The notes under the pieces are model-generated. The model ran no database searches. It worked only from the letters and a program-made list of their open reading frames with translations, and was not told where the DNA came from. Below, piece by piece: positions 10,060-22,888 of a stretch of DNA of 64,000 bases. The first letter of the stretch is position 1; each line of letters starts with the position of its first letter. Source of the stretch: Squalus acanthias (taxonomy: Eukaryota); assembly GCA_030390025.1 (NCBI GenBank), contig CM059427.1, positions 132,122,001 through 132,186,000 of the forward strand, written 5' to 3'. Both the position numbers and the translations under genes were made by a program.

Positions 10060-12196
10060 TTACCTTGGCAGAGGGAGTATAATGTGGGAAAGTGGGAAAT
10101 TATCCACTTTGGTAGGAAGAATGGAAAAGCAGAATGTTTTTTTAAATAATATTAACGACTTAGATGATGGGATAGAAAGCCACATGTCCAAGTTTGCCGA
10201 CATCACAAAGATAGGCGGCATTATAAGTAGTGTAGATGGAAGCATAAAATTACCAAGAGATATTAATAGATTAAGCGAACGGGCAAAACTGTGGCAAATG
10301 GATTTCAATGTAGGCAAATGTGAAGTCATTCACTTTGGACCTAAACAGGATAGAACAGGGTACTTTCTAAATGGTGAATAGCTAGAAACAGTGGAGGCCC
10401 AAAGAGACTTGGGGGTCCAGGTATATAGATCATTAAGATGCCACGGACAGGTACAGAAAATAATCAAAAAGGCTAATGGAATGCTGGCCTTGATATCTAC
10501 AGGATTAGAATACAGGGGGGTAGAAGTTATGCTGCAGCTATACAAAACCCTGGTTAGACCACACCTGGAGTACTGTGAGCAGTTCTGGACACCACACCTT
10601 AGGAAGGATATATTGGCCTTGAGGGAGTGAAGCGTAGGGTGACCAGAATGATACCCGGACTTCAAGGGTTAAATTGTAAGGAGAGATTACACAAACTAGG
10701 GTTGTATTCCCTGAATTTAGAAGGTTAAGGGGTGATTTGATCGAAGTTTTCAAGATATTAAGGGGAAATGATAGGGTCAATAGAGAGAAACTATTTCTGC
10801 TGATTGGGGAGTCTAGAACTAGGGGTAATAGTCTAAAAATTAGAGCCAGACCTTTCAGGAGTGAAGTTAGGAAACTCTTCTACACACAAAGGGTGGTAGA
10901 AGTTTGCAGCTCTCTTTCGCAAATGGCAATTGATGCTAGATCAATTATTAATTTTAAGTCTGAGATTGATAGATGTTTTTGTTAACTAAAGGTATTAAGG
11001 GATATGGGGCAAAGGCTGGTATATGGAATTAGGTCACAGATCAGCCATGATCCCATTGAATGGTGGAACAGGCTCGAGAGGCTAAATGGCGCATTCCTGT
11101 CCCTAAGGTGAGATTCTAGTAAATGTTGGTATTCAGAGGGACCTGGGTGTCCATGCACACAAATCACAGAAAGTTAACATGCAGATACAGCAAGCAATTA
11201 GGAAGGCAAATGATATTAGCCTTTATCGCAAGAGGGTTGGAGAGTAAGGAAGTCTTGCTGCAATTATATCGGCCTTTGGTAAGACCACACCTGTACTCTG
11301 TACAGTTTTGGTCCCCTTACCTAAGGAAGGATATACAGGAAACTCTTTGGTATCCGGCACCGACGGGACCGGCGTGGTGCCGGTTGATCGAAAGTTCCGG
11401 ATAACGGAGAGTTATATCTACCGAGGCTATTTTTAACAAAGAAAAATAAAAAAATCAAGAAATGTGCAGTATACAGTATTTGGGTACTCACCTACAGAAT
11501 GTTGTGTTAAATGGATGGTGGAAGATGCTTGATTAAGTACAGTACTACCCCCACTGACTAACTCGGCGTTCGCGGGCTCGGGCTCAGACTCGGCAACATT
11601 GCCGGTTATTTGAGAGGAGTTTTCGGAGGATGATTTTTGCCGGTTAAGAGAGAATTCCGGATATTTAGGTGCCGGTTAAACAAGAGTTTCCTGTACTTGA
11701 CTTAGAGGGAGTGCAACAAAGGTTCACCAGATTGATTCCTGGGATGAGAGGGCTGTCCTATGAGGAGAGATTGAGTAGAATGGGCCTATACTCTCTGGAA
11801 CTTAGAAGAATGAGATCTCATTGAAATGTATAAAATTCTTAGAGAGCTTGACAGGGTAATGCTAGGAGGCTGTTTCCCCGGCTTGAGAATCTAGAACTAG
11901 GGTTCATAGTCTCAGGATAAGGGGTCGGCCATTTAGGACTGAGATGAGGAGAAATTTCTTCACTCAGTTGTGAATCTTTGGAATTCTCTACCCCAGAGGG
12001 CTGAGGATGCTCAGTTGTTGAGTATATTCAAGACTGAGATCGATGGATTTTTGGGCACTAAGGGAATCAAGGGATATGAGGATAGGGCGGGAAAGTGGAG
12101 TTGATGTAGAAGTTCAGCCATGATCTTATTGAATGATGGAGCAGGTTCGAGGGCCTGTACGGCCTACTCCTGCTCGTATTTCTTATGTTCTTATGT
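10060..12196 (+). mobile_element. Adjacent decayed CR1 fragments
   Basis: KFADITK, LVRPHLEYC, TRG(N/H)SL motifs; two 3' ends (~11100 and ~12195). Confidence 0.85.
11336..11693. mobile_element. Tc1/mariner (pogo/Tigger-like) MITE
   Basis: TA|CAGGAAACTCTT ... AAGAGTTTCCTG|TA, inserted in a CR1. Confidence 0.85.
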
Positions 12197-12564
12197 AGAT
12201 TTCATCATTTCTTGTGGCCTTTCTAGGCCTAATGTTTTTGTGGGAATGTCCAGTCCCTGAGCTATTTCTGGGCATGGCTGGAATATCAGCCACTTATAGG
12301 AAAGGGATTTCTCCTTCATCCTACAAATTATGTCTCAATATTCCCTCACTCTCTCCGTCAAAGCAACAAAGGCCTCATCATTAAAACATCTCCTGTCACC
12401 TATGCACCATTAACACACTCTCAAATTACACCCAGGACAACTGGATTCTAGTCACATACAAGTCTAGAGTTTCCACTAGTTTGTGCACCTGAAATTGGCC
12501 ACATCAGCGTAAAAGATCATGGAATTTTAAGCGCAAGTTACGTCAATGTAGTGTTTGACCAAGA

Positions 12565-12875
12565 TGAGCTTCTGACCACATATCCGCTCCATCATCAAGA
12601 CTACCCACTTCCACCTCCGTAACATCGCCTGACTCCGATCCTGCCTCAGCTCATCTGCTGCTGAAACCCTCATCCATGCCTTTGTTACCACTAGACCTGA
12701 CTATTCCAATGCTCTCCTGGCTGGCCTCCCATCTTCCTCTCTACATAAACTTGTGCTCATCCAAAACTCTGCTGCCCGTATCTTAACTCACGTCAAGTCC
12801 CATTCACCCATTACCCTTGTGCTTGCTGTCCTACCCTGGCTCCTGGTGTGTCAACACCTCAATTTTAAAATCCTC
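12565..12875 (+). mobile_element. L2 fragment (continues 21622-21860)
   Basis: IQNSAARILT...SPIT.VL..L.WL; resumes after the Harbinger end. Confidence 0.8.
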
Positions 12876-14431
12876 GGACAGGATTTTCCCTGTGGAGACG
12901 AGATGGCGGCGGGAGAGCTGATTGGCGGGTTTCGGTCCCTCTCCCGTCTGCAGCCGCTCTCTGAAAATTATTTTCCATAGACTGGCCTTGTCAAGCCCGC
13001 CCTGCGGGGTTCCCGGTTAATTAATAGGAAGCGGGTCTTATGATGTTATTTGATGACACGTCATCAGCCGGTTTCCTTAAAGGGACCATGGGCACATTGA
13101 TTTTGACAGTTGTGCTGTCAGTGTTCTGCAGCATTGAGGTGCTGCAAACACTGACAAGCACTACACAAAGGTGTATGGCTGCACCCAGGCTCTCCCATGA
13201 CTCCCTCCATCTGCTTATGGAGGGAGTCACAGCACACAGGGAGGTTCTCTTCCCTTCCCATGGGTGGAAGAGACCTCCTCAGGACACCACCGGAGCCTGG
13301 TTGCACATTGCACAGGAGGGCAAAAGCAGGGATGTCGTCAGGAGGACCAGGCTGCAGTGGCGCAAACCTTTCAATGATCTCAGTAGATTACGAAACGTTA
13401 CCGCAAATCCACACTCAACGTCATCCTGCTGTGCCACTCATCACATACCCATCACTCTACCTTCCCTACCCTACTCCTGCACATCCTTACTCACACCAAC
13501 CTTGCACCTCCACCCATCCATCTATATCTACATTATCACTTCTCCATCTCACTAGCCACCCCTCACACTCACCCTCATCCTAGTCCAATCATACCAACTA
13601 ACAACACATAAGGGTAGGCACTTGGGTGTGTTATGCGATGTTCATGTAAATTTTCTGTTAATGTGTTGTCAAACATTGAAATCGTTATTTTCAACACTTT
13701 GCCTTATTGTACAGATCTGTGTTCACCTTTGGAAGTGTCTTTGTGAGTAGCAGTGAATGGTGAGACATAACGGTACCCCTGGTATCCCCCGCAATGGTGA
13801 TGAGTACGAAAGGAACGGCTTGGTCATTGTAGGAATGTTTTATGGTGCTGGCGTGGGGTGATGTTAACCTGGCGCATCATGTGGCAGCCAGGGTGTACAG
13901 CATCAAGTGAAGTAAATTGGGCCATGGTGAGGCCATCGCTGGCCTCCCAGGCAGCAATGTGGTCGGGTGCTGATGCCCTGTGTGCTGTGCAGCATCAGGT
14001 GATTGCGCAGAAGGTAGGTGTTGTTGTTGGTGATGTTGATGTTGGGGCTGATCGTGGAGGGATTCAGAGGACCAAAGTGAGATGTTGCTGGAACAGATGG
14101 CAGCTGAAGTTGAGATGGCAGAAGCGATCTGTCAATGGTGAGAGAGCTTGCTCCAAGGAGGTGACAGTGCAAATAGAATTAACACCACATACTTACAGCC
14201 TCCAGACAGATCAAATGTGTCATCCAAATCCTGAAATCAGACACCTCTGACATTTGAAAGTGAACAGATGTGAGCGTTCAGCTTTTAGACTGCAGTTGCA
14301 GCTGTGAATTATGCAGCTCGGTGCTACTCCCGACATACTTACCTGACGTGATCTCCGAACGTCGTGAAACCCGTTTAAAATGTTGGAAAATAGGAAAAGG
14401 CTGTCAAAATAGCAGTTAACAAGCACTTAAC

Positions 14432-16194
14432 AAGAGGATAACCAGGGAAAGATTAGGGTCCATTAGGGACCAAAGTGGCAATCTGTGTGTAGAGCCGGAA
14501 GATGTAGGTGAGGTTTTAAATGAATATTTTGCATCTGTGTTCACTATGGAGAAGGACGATGTAGGCGTAGAAATCAGGCAGGGGGATTGTGATATACTTG
14601 AACAAATTAGTATTGAGAGGGAGGAGGTACTAGCAGTTTAAGCGGGCTTAAAAATGGATAAATCCTCAGGCCCTGATGGGATGTATCCCAGACTGCTGTG
14701 TGAGGCAAGGGAGGAGATTGCAGGGGCTCTGACACAAATTTTCAGAACCTCTCTGGCCACAGGGGAGGTGCCAGAGGACTGGAGAACAGCTAACGTAGTA
14801 CCATTATTCAAGAAGGGTAGTAGGGATAAACCAGGGAATTACAGGCCAGTGAGCCTAACATCAGTGGTAGGGAAATTATTGGAAAAAAATTCTGAGGGAC
14901 AGGATTAGTCTCCACTTGGAGAGGCAAGGATTAATCAAGGATAGTCAGCATCGCTTTGTCAGGGGGAGATCATGTCTAACCAATTTGATTGAATTTTTCG
15001 AGGGGGTGACTAGGTGTGTGGATGAGGGTAGTGCAGTTGATGTAGTCTACATGGACTTCGTTATGGCTTTTGATAAAGTCCGACATGGGAGACTGGTCAA
15101 GAAGGTAAGAGCCCATGGGATCCAGGGCAATTTGGCACATTGGATCCAAAATTGGCTTAGTGGCAGGAGGCAGAGGGTGATGGTCGAAGGTTGTTTTTGT
15201 GACTGGAAGCCTGTGTCCAGTGGTGTACCGCAGGGATCAGTGCTGGGTCCTTTGCTGTTTGTAGTGTACATTAATGATTTAGATATGAATGTAGGCGGTA
15301 TGATCAGTAAGTTCGCAGATGACACGAAAATTGGTGGAGTGGTAAATAACGAGGAGGGAAGCCTTAGGCTACAGGATGATATAGACGGGTTGGTTAGATG
15401 GGCAGAACAGTGGCAAATGGAATTTAACCCTGAAAAGTGTGAGGTGATGCATTTTGGGAGGACTAACAAGGCAAGGGAATACACAATGAATGGTAGGACC
15501 CTAGGAAGGACAGAGGATCAGAGGGACCTTGGTGTGCATGTACATAGATCCCTGAAGGCAGCAGGATAGGTAGATAAGGTGGTTAAAAAGGCATATGGGA
15601 TACTTGCCTTCATTAGCTGAGGCATAGAATATAAGAGCAGGGAGGTTATGATGGAGCTGTACAAAACGCTAGTTAGGCCACAGCTGGAATACTGTGTGCA
15701 GTTCTGGTCACCACACTATAGGAAAGGATGTGATTGCATTGGAGAGGGTGCAGAGGAGATTCACCAGGATGTTACCTGGGCTGCAGCGCTTCAGCTATGA
15801 AGAGAGACTGGACAGGCTGGGGTTGTTTTCCTTAGAGCAGAGAAGGCTGAGGGGGGACCTGATTGAGGTGTACAAAATTATGAGGGGCATAGATAGGGTA
15901 GATAGAAAGGAACTTTCCCCCTCAGTAGAGGGGTCAATAACCAGGGTGCGTAGTTTCAAGGTAAGGGGCAGGAGGTTTAGAGGGGATTTGAGGAAAAACT
16001 TTTTCACCCAGAGGGTGGTTGGAATCTGGAACTCACTGCCTGAAAGGGTGGTAGAGGCAGGAACCCTCACAACATTGAAATACATACAAGGCTACGGACC
16101 AAGTGCTGGAAAATGGGATTAGAATAGACAGGGCTTGATGGCCGGTGTGGACACGATGGGCCGAAGGGCCTCTTTCTGTGCTGTATAACTCTAT
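14432..16194 (+). mobile_element. CR1 LINE (RT region to 3' tail)
   Basis: GPDGMYPR...NYRPVSLTS...VPQGSVLGP...FADDTK; the tandem tail continues at 20458-20468 and 21304-21314. Confidence 0.92.
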
Positions 16195-16473
16195 GGGCTG
16201 GATTTTGATAATGGGGTGGGTTGAGGTCGTGTAATCCACATTTCGTGTTAGCCACCCATTTTTAAATCGATGTGGGAGAATGATGCCATTTTAACCTAAT
16301 TGGCCAATTGAGTTCCAACGTGTGGGAACCCATGGCCAGTGAGTTTTTCCAGTCTGAAAGTTGCCTCCGATGACGTCATCATTGCTGCTGCATTTAAGGT
16401 CTGCAACAAGCCTTGCTTCTTCTGCAGACTGCCAAGCTTTTGCCCTTGCATGTTAGAGGCACCTGCAGGAAGA

Positions 16474-18425
16474 ATGGCCAGCCAGAGACCTAGGTCTGCA
16501 CCCCGCTTGGATGACGTTGTCCTGCAGGCTTTAGTAGAGGGAGCAAGAGCAAACAGAGAGGTGCTCTTCCCTTCTTCAGGGAGGAAGAAGCCTCCCCAGC
16601 AAACCAAGGCTGTGTGGATCCAGGTGGCAGAGGAGGGCAACTCGTTGTCAATAACCCGCAGAACCTGGCTTCAGTGCAGGAAGAGGCTTCATGACCTTCT
16701 GCGCACTGGAAAAGTGAGTATGAATTTCCCATCACCCTCAATCTGATCCCCATTGCCTCTCCTCACCAGCACTCAGCTTTAGCAATCTCTTCCTCCACAT
16801 CCCACTTGAAACTGACGTCCATGCACCCTTACCCATTCCCTCTCTCTCTATGGTCACATTCACCTAACTATTCGACTATGCAGCCCTCACACTCCCTATC
16901 ACTGTGATGCAATTACAACTTACAACACACAGGGAGGGCCCTTGGTCTTGCCACCTCACTCCATCTTTGTCTCCTTCTAAGCATCTATGCTATGGATTCT
17001 CTACACTCACTCCTTCGTTCTCACTCAAACTCCACTTGTCTCCCTCATTGCAGGAAAAGAGAGCTCACAATAAGAGGGAAAGAGCGAGGACAGGAGGAGG
17101 GCCACCCTCAGTAGCCCAGCTTACCACCTGGGAGGAGGCGGTCCTGGAGATGGTGGGAGTGGAGGAAGTTTCCCAAGTGGGGGACGGACAGACGGGTGCA
17201 TCACAGCAAGCTGGTGACAGAATAGCTTTCCATCTCTCTCAATGACATTGATAATGATTCTGAAGCTCTAACAGATGGACTTATGATCATCTGCAATATG
17301 CAATGTGCATGTAACCTTGGCCTCACATCTCTGACTCTTTCCTTTACTCCCCCCCAGGACTATCGCAAGCACCCGTCCCCACGATCCAGGAGGAAGAGCA
17401 TGAGCCTCAAGACTCCTCAGAGGAAGCTGCAACCTCTGAGGGCGCCGCGTCAGCAGGAATCAGTGCACCCAGCACCAGCGCAGACACTCACACCTCGGAG
17501 GGAACATCGCGAGATAAAGTAGTGTTGTCTCCTGGTGTATCACAGCTCACAAGTGAGCATCAGCAGATAGTGGAGACAGGGACAGCAGTGGAGAGTCCTA
17601 GTCGGAGGGCGCAGGACTCTCCCAGCTCGGCTCAGCTGCATGTCGACCCTCTGCCTCTGGGTCCATCCATAAGATCAGCGGTGCTGGAACTCCAGGAACA
17701 GATGCAGGAGTCTCTGGCAAGTTTTGTCTCCAGGGTCGCTGCGAGTGTGGAGCGAATGGAGGAGTCCATCGCGAACATGAGCAGAGCCTTTGTGGAGTCA
17801 TTGGCGCATGAACGCATCACCACGGAAAGGATGGCAACCTCCGTGGAAAGGATGGCTACAGTAGAGGAGAGGTTGGCTACGGCCATGGAGGAGCTAAGTC
17901 GCCAGAGTGTAGAAAACATGGTCATTGTTCAGAATAGACTGGCATCTCTTGAGGAGCGATAGTCAGCTACTGAGCATAGAAACCAGACCTTCATGTAAGT
18001 CCTCTGGAGTAAGACTTCCAGTGCAGAAACGGGTCCTCATGGCCCCCCTGAAATGCTGCAAGGTGCTGTCAAGCCACTTGCTAGCTCTGAAGTGAGGCTG
18101 ACCCATGAGAGGGATGTTAGTGGCAGACAACAAGGAAGTGGGGGCTCCTCTCCAAGCGCTCAAACAAACATGCCACTGCAAAGCCCTCAGGTCAGAGCCC
18201 CACCAGAGTCCTCACCCAACTGAGATGGGTGTCTCATCCCCTGCACAGCCGTAGGAGCAGCAGACTGTTGGCGAGCCCTCACAGGTTCGCAACCCCAGAG
18301 GACGCCCGCCAAAGGTGTCGAGACAGGAGCAGCAAGAAAGTGAGCAAGGGGCCTCCACATCTGCTGAAGCCACAGGGGAAGCACCACGTAGGAGCATGCG
18401 TAAGAGAAAGATAATGCACAAATAG
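16474..18425 (+). pseudogene. Harbinger Myb/SANT-like accessory protein gene, 3 exons (16474-16713, 17054-17213, 17358-~18425)
   Basis: Trihelix pattern AVWIQVAEE...RTWLQCRKRLHDL, exon 2 RERARTGGGP, GT/AG junctions in frame, coiled-coil-like segment, premature TAG at 17960, C-terminal PRGRPPK and basic tail in a shifted frame. Confidence 0.85.
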
Positions 18426-18672
18426 TCACAAGGGTAGTCACTTGGGTGAATTTTGATGTTTTATGTTAAAAAGCCATCAGATGATTACTGTAAATAAAAA
18501 AAATCTGATGGCTACTGCTGTAGTTGTGGCGTGTGTCATTTCGTGTCATTGAGGGCTTAGGATTACTTGCAATTGTCAGTATGGTGTTCAAATTGCTAGG
18601 AATCCGCTGGTTCTTGGCCATTGTCGATGCTCAGGTGAGAAGCTGCGAGGCAAAAGTGCTTGATTGGCTAGG

Positions 18673-19928
18673 CTAAGCAAATCTGGCCAAGATGAGTGCG
18701 CTCCTTGCATCCCGGGCAGCAATGTTCTCGCGTACTGCTGCCGCTGGTTGATGGGCCTCTGCAAGATGTTCATTTTCGCTCTCCTCCTCCTCCTCCTCAT
18801 CTGAGGAGGATATGTGACGAGTCACTTGGTCCTCAGGAATCTGCAAGCCACGACGCTGTGCCATGTTGTGAAGTGCACAGTAAACCATGACGATTCTGGA
18901 GACCCTAGCTGCTGAGTACTGCAGGGCTCCACCTGATCTATCCAGGCATCTGAATCGCATCTTCAGCAAACCGATGGTTTGCTCGATTATGGCTCTAGTG
19001 GACATGTGGCTGGAGTTGTAGCTCTCCTCAGCTTCGTTGGATGGGCTCCTCAACGGTGTCATTAGCCACGTCTTCAGGGGATAGCCCTTGTCTCCAAGTA
19101 GCCATCCGTTAAGTTGGTCTGGCGGACTGAATAGCGGAGGCACACTAGACTGGTGCAGTATGAAGGAGTCATGGCAACTGCCAGGGTGCTTGGCACAAAC
19201 ATGCAAAATTTCCTTCTTGTGGTCACACACCAGCTGAATGTTAAGGGAGTGGAAGCCCTTGCAGTTGAAAAAATACCTGGATTGCGATGGGGTGCCTTAA
19301 GGGCCACATGTGTGCAGTCAACGACGCCCTGCAGCCTTGGAAAGCCTGCCAGATTAGCTAATCCAACCGCACGCGCCGTGACACTTGCTTGATCCTTGGT
19401 GAAATGGATGTGATTGTGCGCGATGGCAAAGAGGGCATCGGTTACCTGCGTGATGCAAGTGTGTGCGGCCGCCTGGGAGATGCCGCTGATGTCTGCTGCT
19501 GATCCCTGGAATGACCCTGAGGCAAAAAAGTTGAGTGCAGTGGTGACTTTGACGGCCACTGGTAAGGGTTGTCCACCTGGTCCTCTGGGCTCCAGGTCTT
19601 GTTGCAGCATTGTGCAGATGTCACCCACTACCTCTCGCGAAAGTCGGAGCCGCCTTTGGCACTGCTGCTCAGACATGTTGAGGTAGCTGACCCTGTGTCT
19701 GTAGACCCTGTTTGGGGGGTATCTCCTGCACCGACAGGCTTCCATGCGCTGGCCCCTTTTGGCCTGTGCAGCTTCAGGTGGGTGAGCAGCAGCTTGGCTC
19801 TCCTGTTGTTGCTGCTGCTGTTGGTGCTGCTGCCGTTGGTGCTGCTGTTGTTCATGGTTCTGCTGGTGCCGTGGCTAGTCTTCGACCTCATCTGATGTCC
19901 AGAAGGGAAGGAAATAAATGGCTCCCAT
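18673..19928 (-). pseudogene. Harbinger (HARBI1-like) DDE transposase with one nonsense codon and one frameshift
   Basis: ATG at 19928, TAG near 19876, Q-rich N-terminus, HTH region ([14 protein letters not shown]), GVVDCTHV / HPGSCHDS / LLGDKGY / RAIIEQTIG motifs; frameshift near 19265 (the two ORF-track pieces 19074-19745 and 18673-19230). Confidence 0.9.
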
Positions 19929-20468
19929 GCTTCTGGTATATGCCTCAGTTGAGGAAGCGCTCAGTCAAGGTGGCGAGAGGGGTTTCCCAGGAGGTCACAC
20001 TGGAGATGGGTGTCAGGCTCCAAACTTCCACAGCTGTGGTTATGCCTTCTAAAAGTTCCCCAGACCTGAGACAGCAAAGTCCTGCCACCTGCAAATGATG
20101 GCTGATCAAATCTCCTATTTAATGGTTGAGCTGCAGCTGATAGTCAGCAATCCAATTGTGCTACCACCAGGTTTCACCGTCGTGTTTCAGAACAGGCGTG
20201 CTTCACGTGGGAAAAGGGTTAAAATCACAAAGGCCTATCAAAATGGCATTATAAGGCAATTTAGTGCTTGTTAAGGGCCTTAACGGCCTATCCCGCCTCT
20301 TGGAGGCGGGACGGAGTCGGGACCAGTAGACACGATTTAATGAAAATTGCGTGGAGGCGGGATGGAGGCGGGGTTGGGCCTGCCCACCGGTTTTTTGCAA
20401 TTTTAACCACCCACACGCCTCCAATCCCGCCTCAACGGCCCGATGAAATTCGAGCCCTATGACTCTAT

Positions 20469-21303
20469 GGGCTGGATTTTGTCAATGGGGACGTGATGGA
20501 GGCGGGACTCCCACTTTTTGGGTTGTAGTCCCGCCTCCATCGACTTGTGGCCAACCCACTATATTTTCCCTTGATTGACCTTGTTAAGCCCACCCAGCGG
20601 GCTTAGCAGGCCAATCAAGGGTCCCTTGGATACAGGTGACGTCAGCCATTGAAATTTCATCTGTCAAGAGCTTTTGACAGATGAAATTTCAGCGTTTGAC
20701 AGCTCTGTGAAGCTGTCAAACACTGACAATATGATTTCTAACGTGAGTCCCTGTACTTAGACTCAGTTAGAAATCAATACAGCACAGAAAGCAGAGACTG
20801 CAGCTTTTGACAGCTCCGCGGCCATTCTGCTTTCTGTGCCGTGGATGTGAGGGACACCCGACACCTTAGCCTGCAGGACAAAGTTAAGGTAAGTACAAGT
20901 TCATAAAACACTTTACACACACCAAACACACTTACCTCTGCACTCATGCACCCATCACTCACCTGCACACTGGACATCTCGACCCCTCCAAGCCCTCCAG
21001 ACCGACGGTCCGCCTCGCTAAATCAGCGTGGTTCGGACCTGTCGGGAAGCCCACACTTCAGGGCTAAAAATAGGGATTAGGCATAAAATTGCCTGTTAAC
21101 TACCTGTTAACAGGCAGTTTATTGGCACTAATCCCCTTCCCGCCTCGGGGAGGCGGGTCCCAGCACAGGTCGGGCACCCGCCTCCTGTGAAACTGGCATG
21201 GAGGCGGGTTGGGGGCGGGATGGGTTCGGGACCCCCGAATCTGCTAATTTCACACCACTCCCGCCTCCAAACCCGCCTCCACGGGCCGATGAAAATCCAG
21301 CCC
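20469..21303. mobile_element. Non-autonomous Harbinger element
   Basis: TIRs GGGCTGGATTTT / AAAATCCAGCCC; flanks TAT/TCT; related to 25924-26768 and 40528-42823. Confidence 0.85.
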
Positions 21304-22550
21304 TCTGACTCTATTAAGCGTCTTAAATCCCTCACCCGCCGCTTGGTCTTAGATGCTTCTTGAATGTTGTGAGGTTTCTTGCCTCTACCACCCTTTCAGG
21401 CAGTGAGTTCCAGATTCCAACCACCCTCTGGGTGAAAAAGTTTTTCCTCCAATCCCCTCTAATTTTGGATCCAGGTCAGTTCTGAGATCGCAGACCCGAC
21501 ACTCTTGAAACTCACACGGAGGCGGGATCGTGGTAAGTTGACAACCCGCCGTCAATCATTTTGAATTTAAGAGCTGACCCACCTCCGAACCCGCCCTCTG
21601 AATGCCGGCAAAATCACGGCCCTCATCTTTGTTTTCAAATTTCTCCATGGCCTCGCCCCTCCCTATCTCTGTAACCTCCTCCAGCCCTACAAGCCTTCGA
21701 GATCTCTGCGCTCCTCCAATTATGGCCTCTTACGCATCCCCGATTTTGGCCGCGCCACCATTGGCCGCCGTGCTTTCAGCTGCCTTGGCCTAAGCTCTGG
21801 AATTCCCTCCCTAATCCTCTCCGTCTCTCTCCTCTTTTAAGATGCTCCTTAAAGCCTAACTCCCGACCCGCTGTCAATCATTTTCAATTTAACAGCTGAC
21901 CCGCCACCCATCCCGTTCGCTGAGCGCCGGCAAAATTCCGGCCTTGGTCTATCTAATTTCTGATGCTGATGGACCTGCTGTGTATTTCCAGAATTCGCTC
22001 TTTTTATTTCACATTTCCAGCATTTGCAGTTTTTCCCTTTATATTAGTGCGGCACACAGTTGTGCAATATCCCATGCTGCATGAATGAAGTCTTCCTTTT
22101 CATAGGCACCTAAATGCCCTTGGGTGAGGTTTAGCAAACCACCTTGATGGAAGGGAAGAAAAGAACACAGTGCATTTGCTAGATTCAAGACAATGCAGTA
22201 GCAACAAGCTGATGAAGTCTTATGGTCAATTCTGCACTTCTTTCAGTGCTTACAGGGTGAGCATAGTATGGCGTGCTTTGTTATCGTCTATATTATGAGG
22301 AGTGGTATGAAATAGGTTGAAATTCTCTATTAACTGTAATCTGTTCATTCATATATTATGTGTAAACCAGATGCTGGAGTGGCAGTGGGCGGCATTCTTT
22401 GAATGTGGGGTTGGGAGGAGAGCTCCTGCTCTTTCTGGCTCCACATTCAGGTAAGTATATATTTAAAAGTTAGCTTCTTGTTGCGGCCCAACTGGCAGTC
22501 ACTTTAAGGACTGCCTGTTAGGCTGCGTGTAGGCCTGGTTTTCCTGGATC

Positions 22551-22888
22551 GCACTGGCTCACACTGGCTCTCACCGGCTCACACTGGTTCTCACCGGCTC
22601 AAACCAGCTCTCCCCGGTTCTAACTGGTTCTAAATGACTCAAACTGGTTTAAACCGGTTCGAGACGGCTGTCATCAGTTCTAACCGGCTTAAAGCGGCTC
22701 ATAGCGGCTCTCAGCGGTTCAAACCGGCTCAAATCAGTTCCAACCAGCTCAAACCGGTTCTCAATGGCTCAAACCTGCTCAAACCAGCTCAAGCCGGTTC
22801 AAACTAGCTCAAAATGGCTCAAGCCGTCTGTCACCGGCTCTACCCAGTTCTAACCGGCTCAAACCGGCTCAAAGCAGCTCAAACCAGT
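22551..22888. repeat. 10-bp minisatellite, ~33 units, consensus WWACCGGYTC
   Basis: Units stay in exact 10-nt register throughout. Confidence 0.92.

Larger units (their letters stand above)
16195..20457. mobile_element. Near-complete autonomous-type PIF/Harbinger DNA transposon (~4.26 kb)
   Basis: TIRs GGGCTGGATTTT.../...AAATTCGAGCCC, 3-bp TSD TAT, and convergent Myb/SANT gene (+) and DDE transposase (-). Confidence 0.93.
12876..21621. mobile_element. Deleted Harbinger element (Myb exon remnant ~13175-13390), split by later insertions
   Basis: Ends GGACAGGATTTT / AAAATCACGGCC with CTC duplication inside an L2 that resumes at 21622; MAAPRLSHDSLHLLMEGV...GAWLHIAQE...RTRLQWRKPFNDL. Confidence 0.7.

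Noticed and set aside
18673-19928. Domesticated HARBI1 gene
   Set aside because: It has TIRs, a TSD, a stop and a frameshift, and has related copies nearby, so it is a transposon copy.
22551-22888. CRISPR-like array
   Set aside because: Contiguous degenerate 10-mers with no repeat-spacer structure, in vertebrate DNA.
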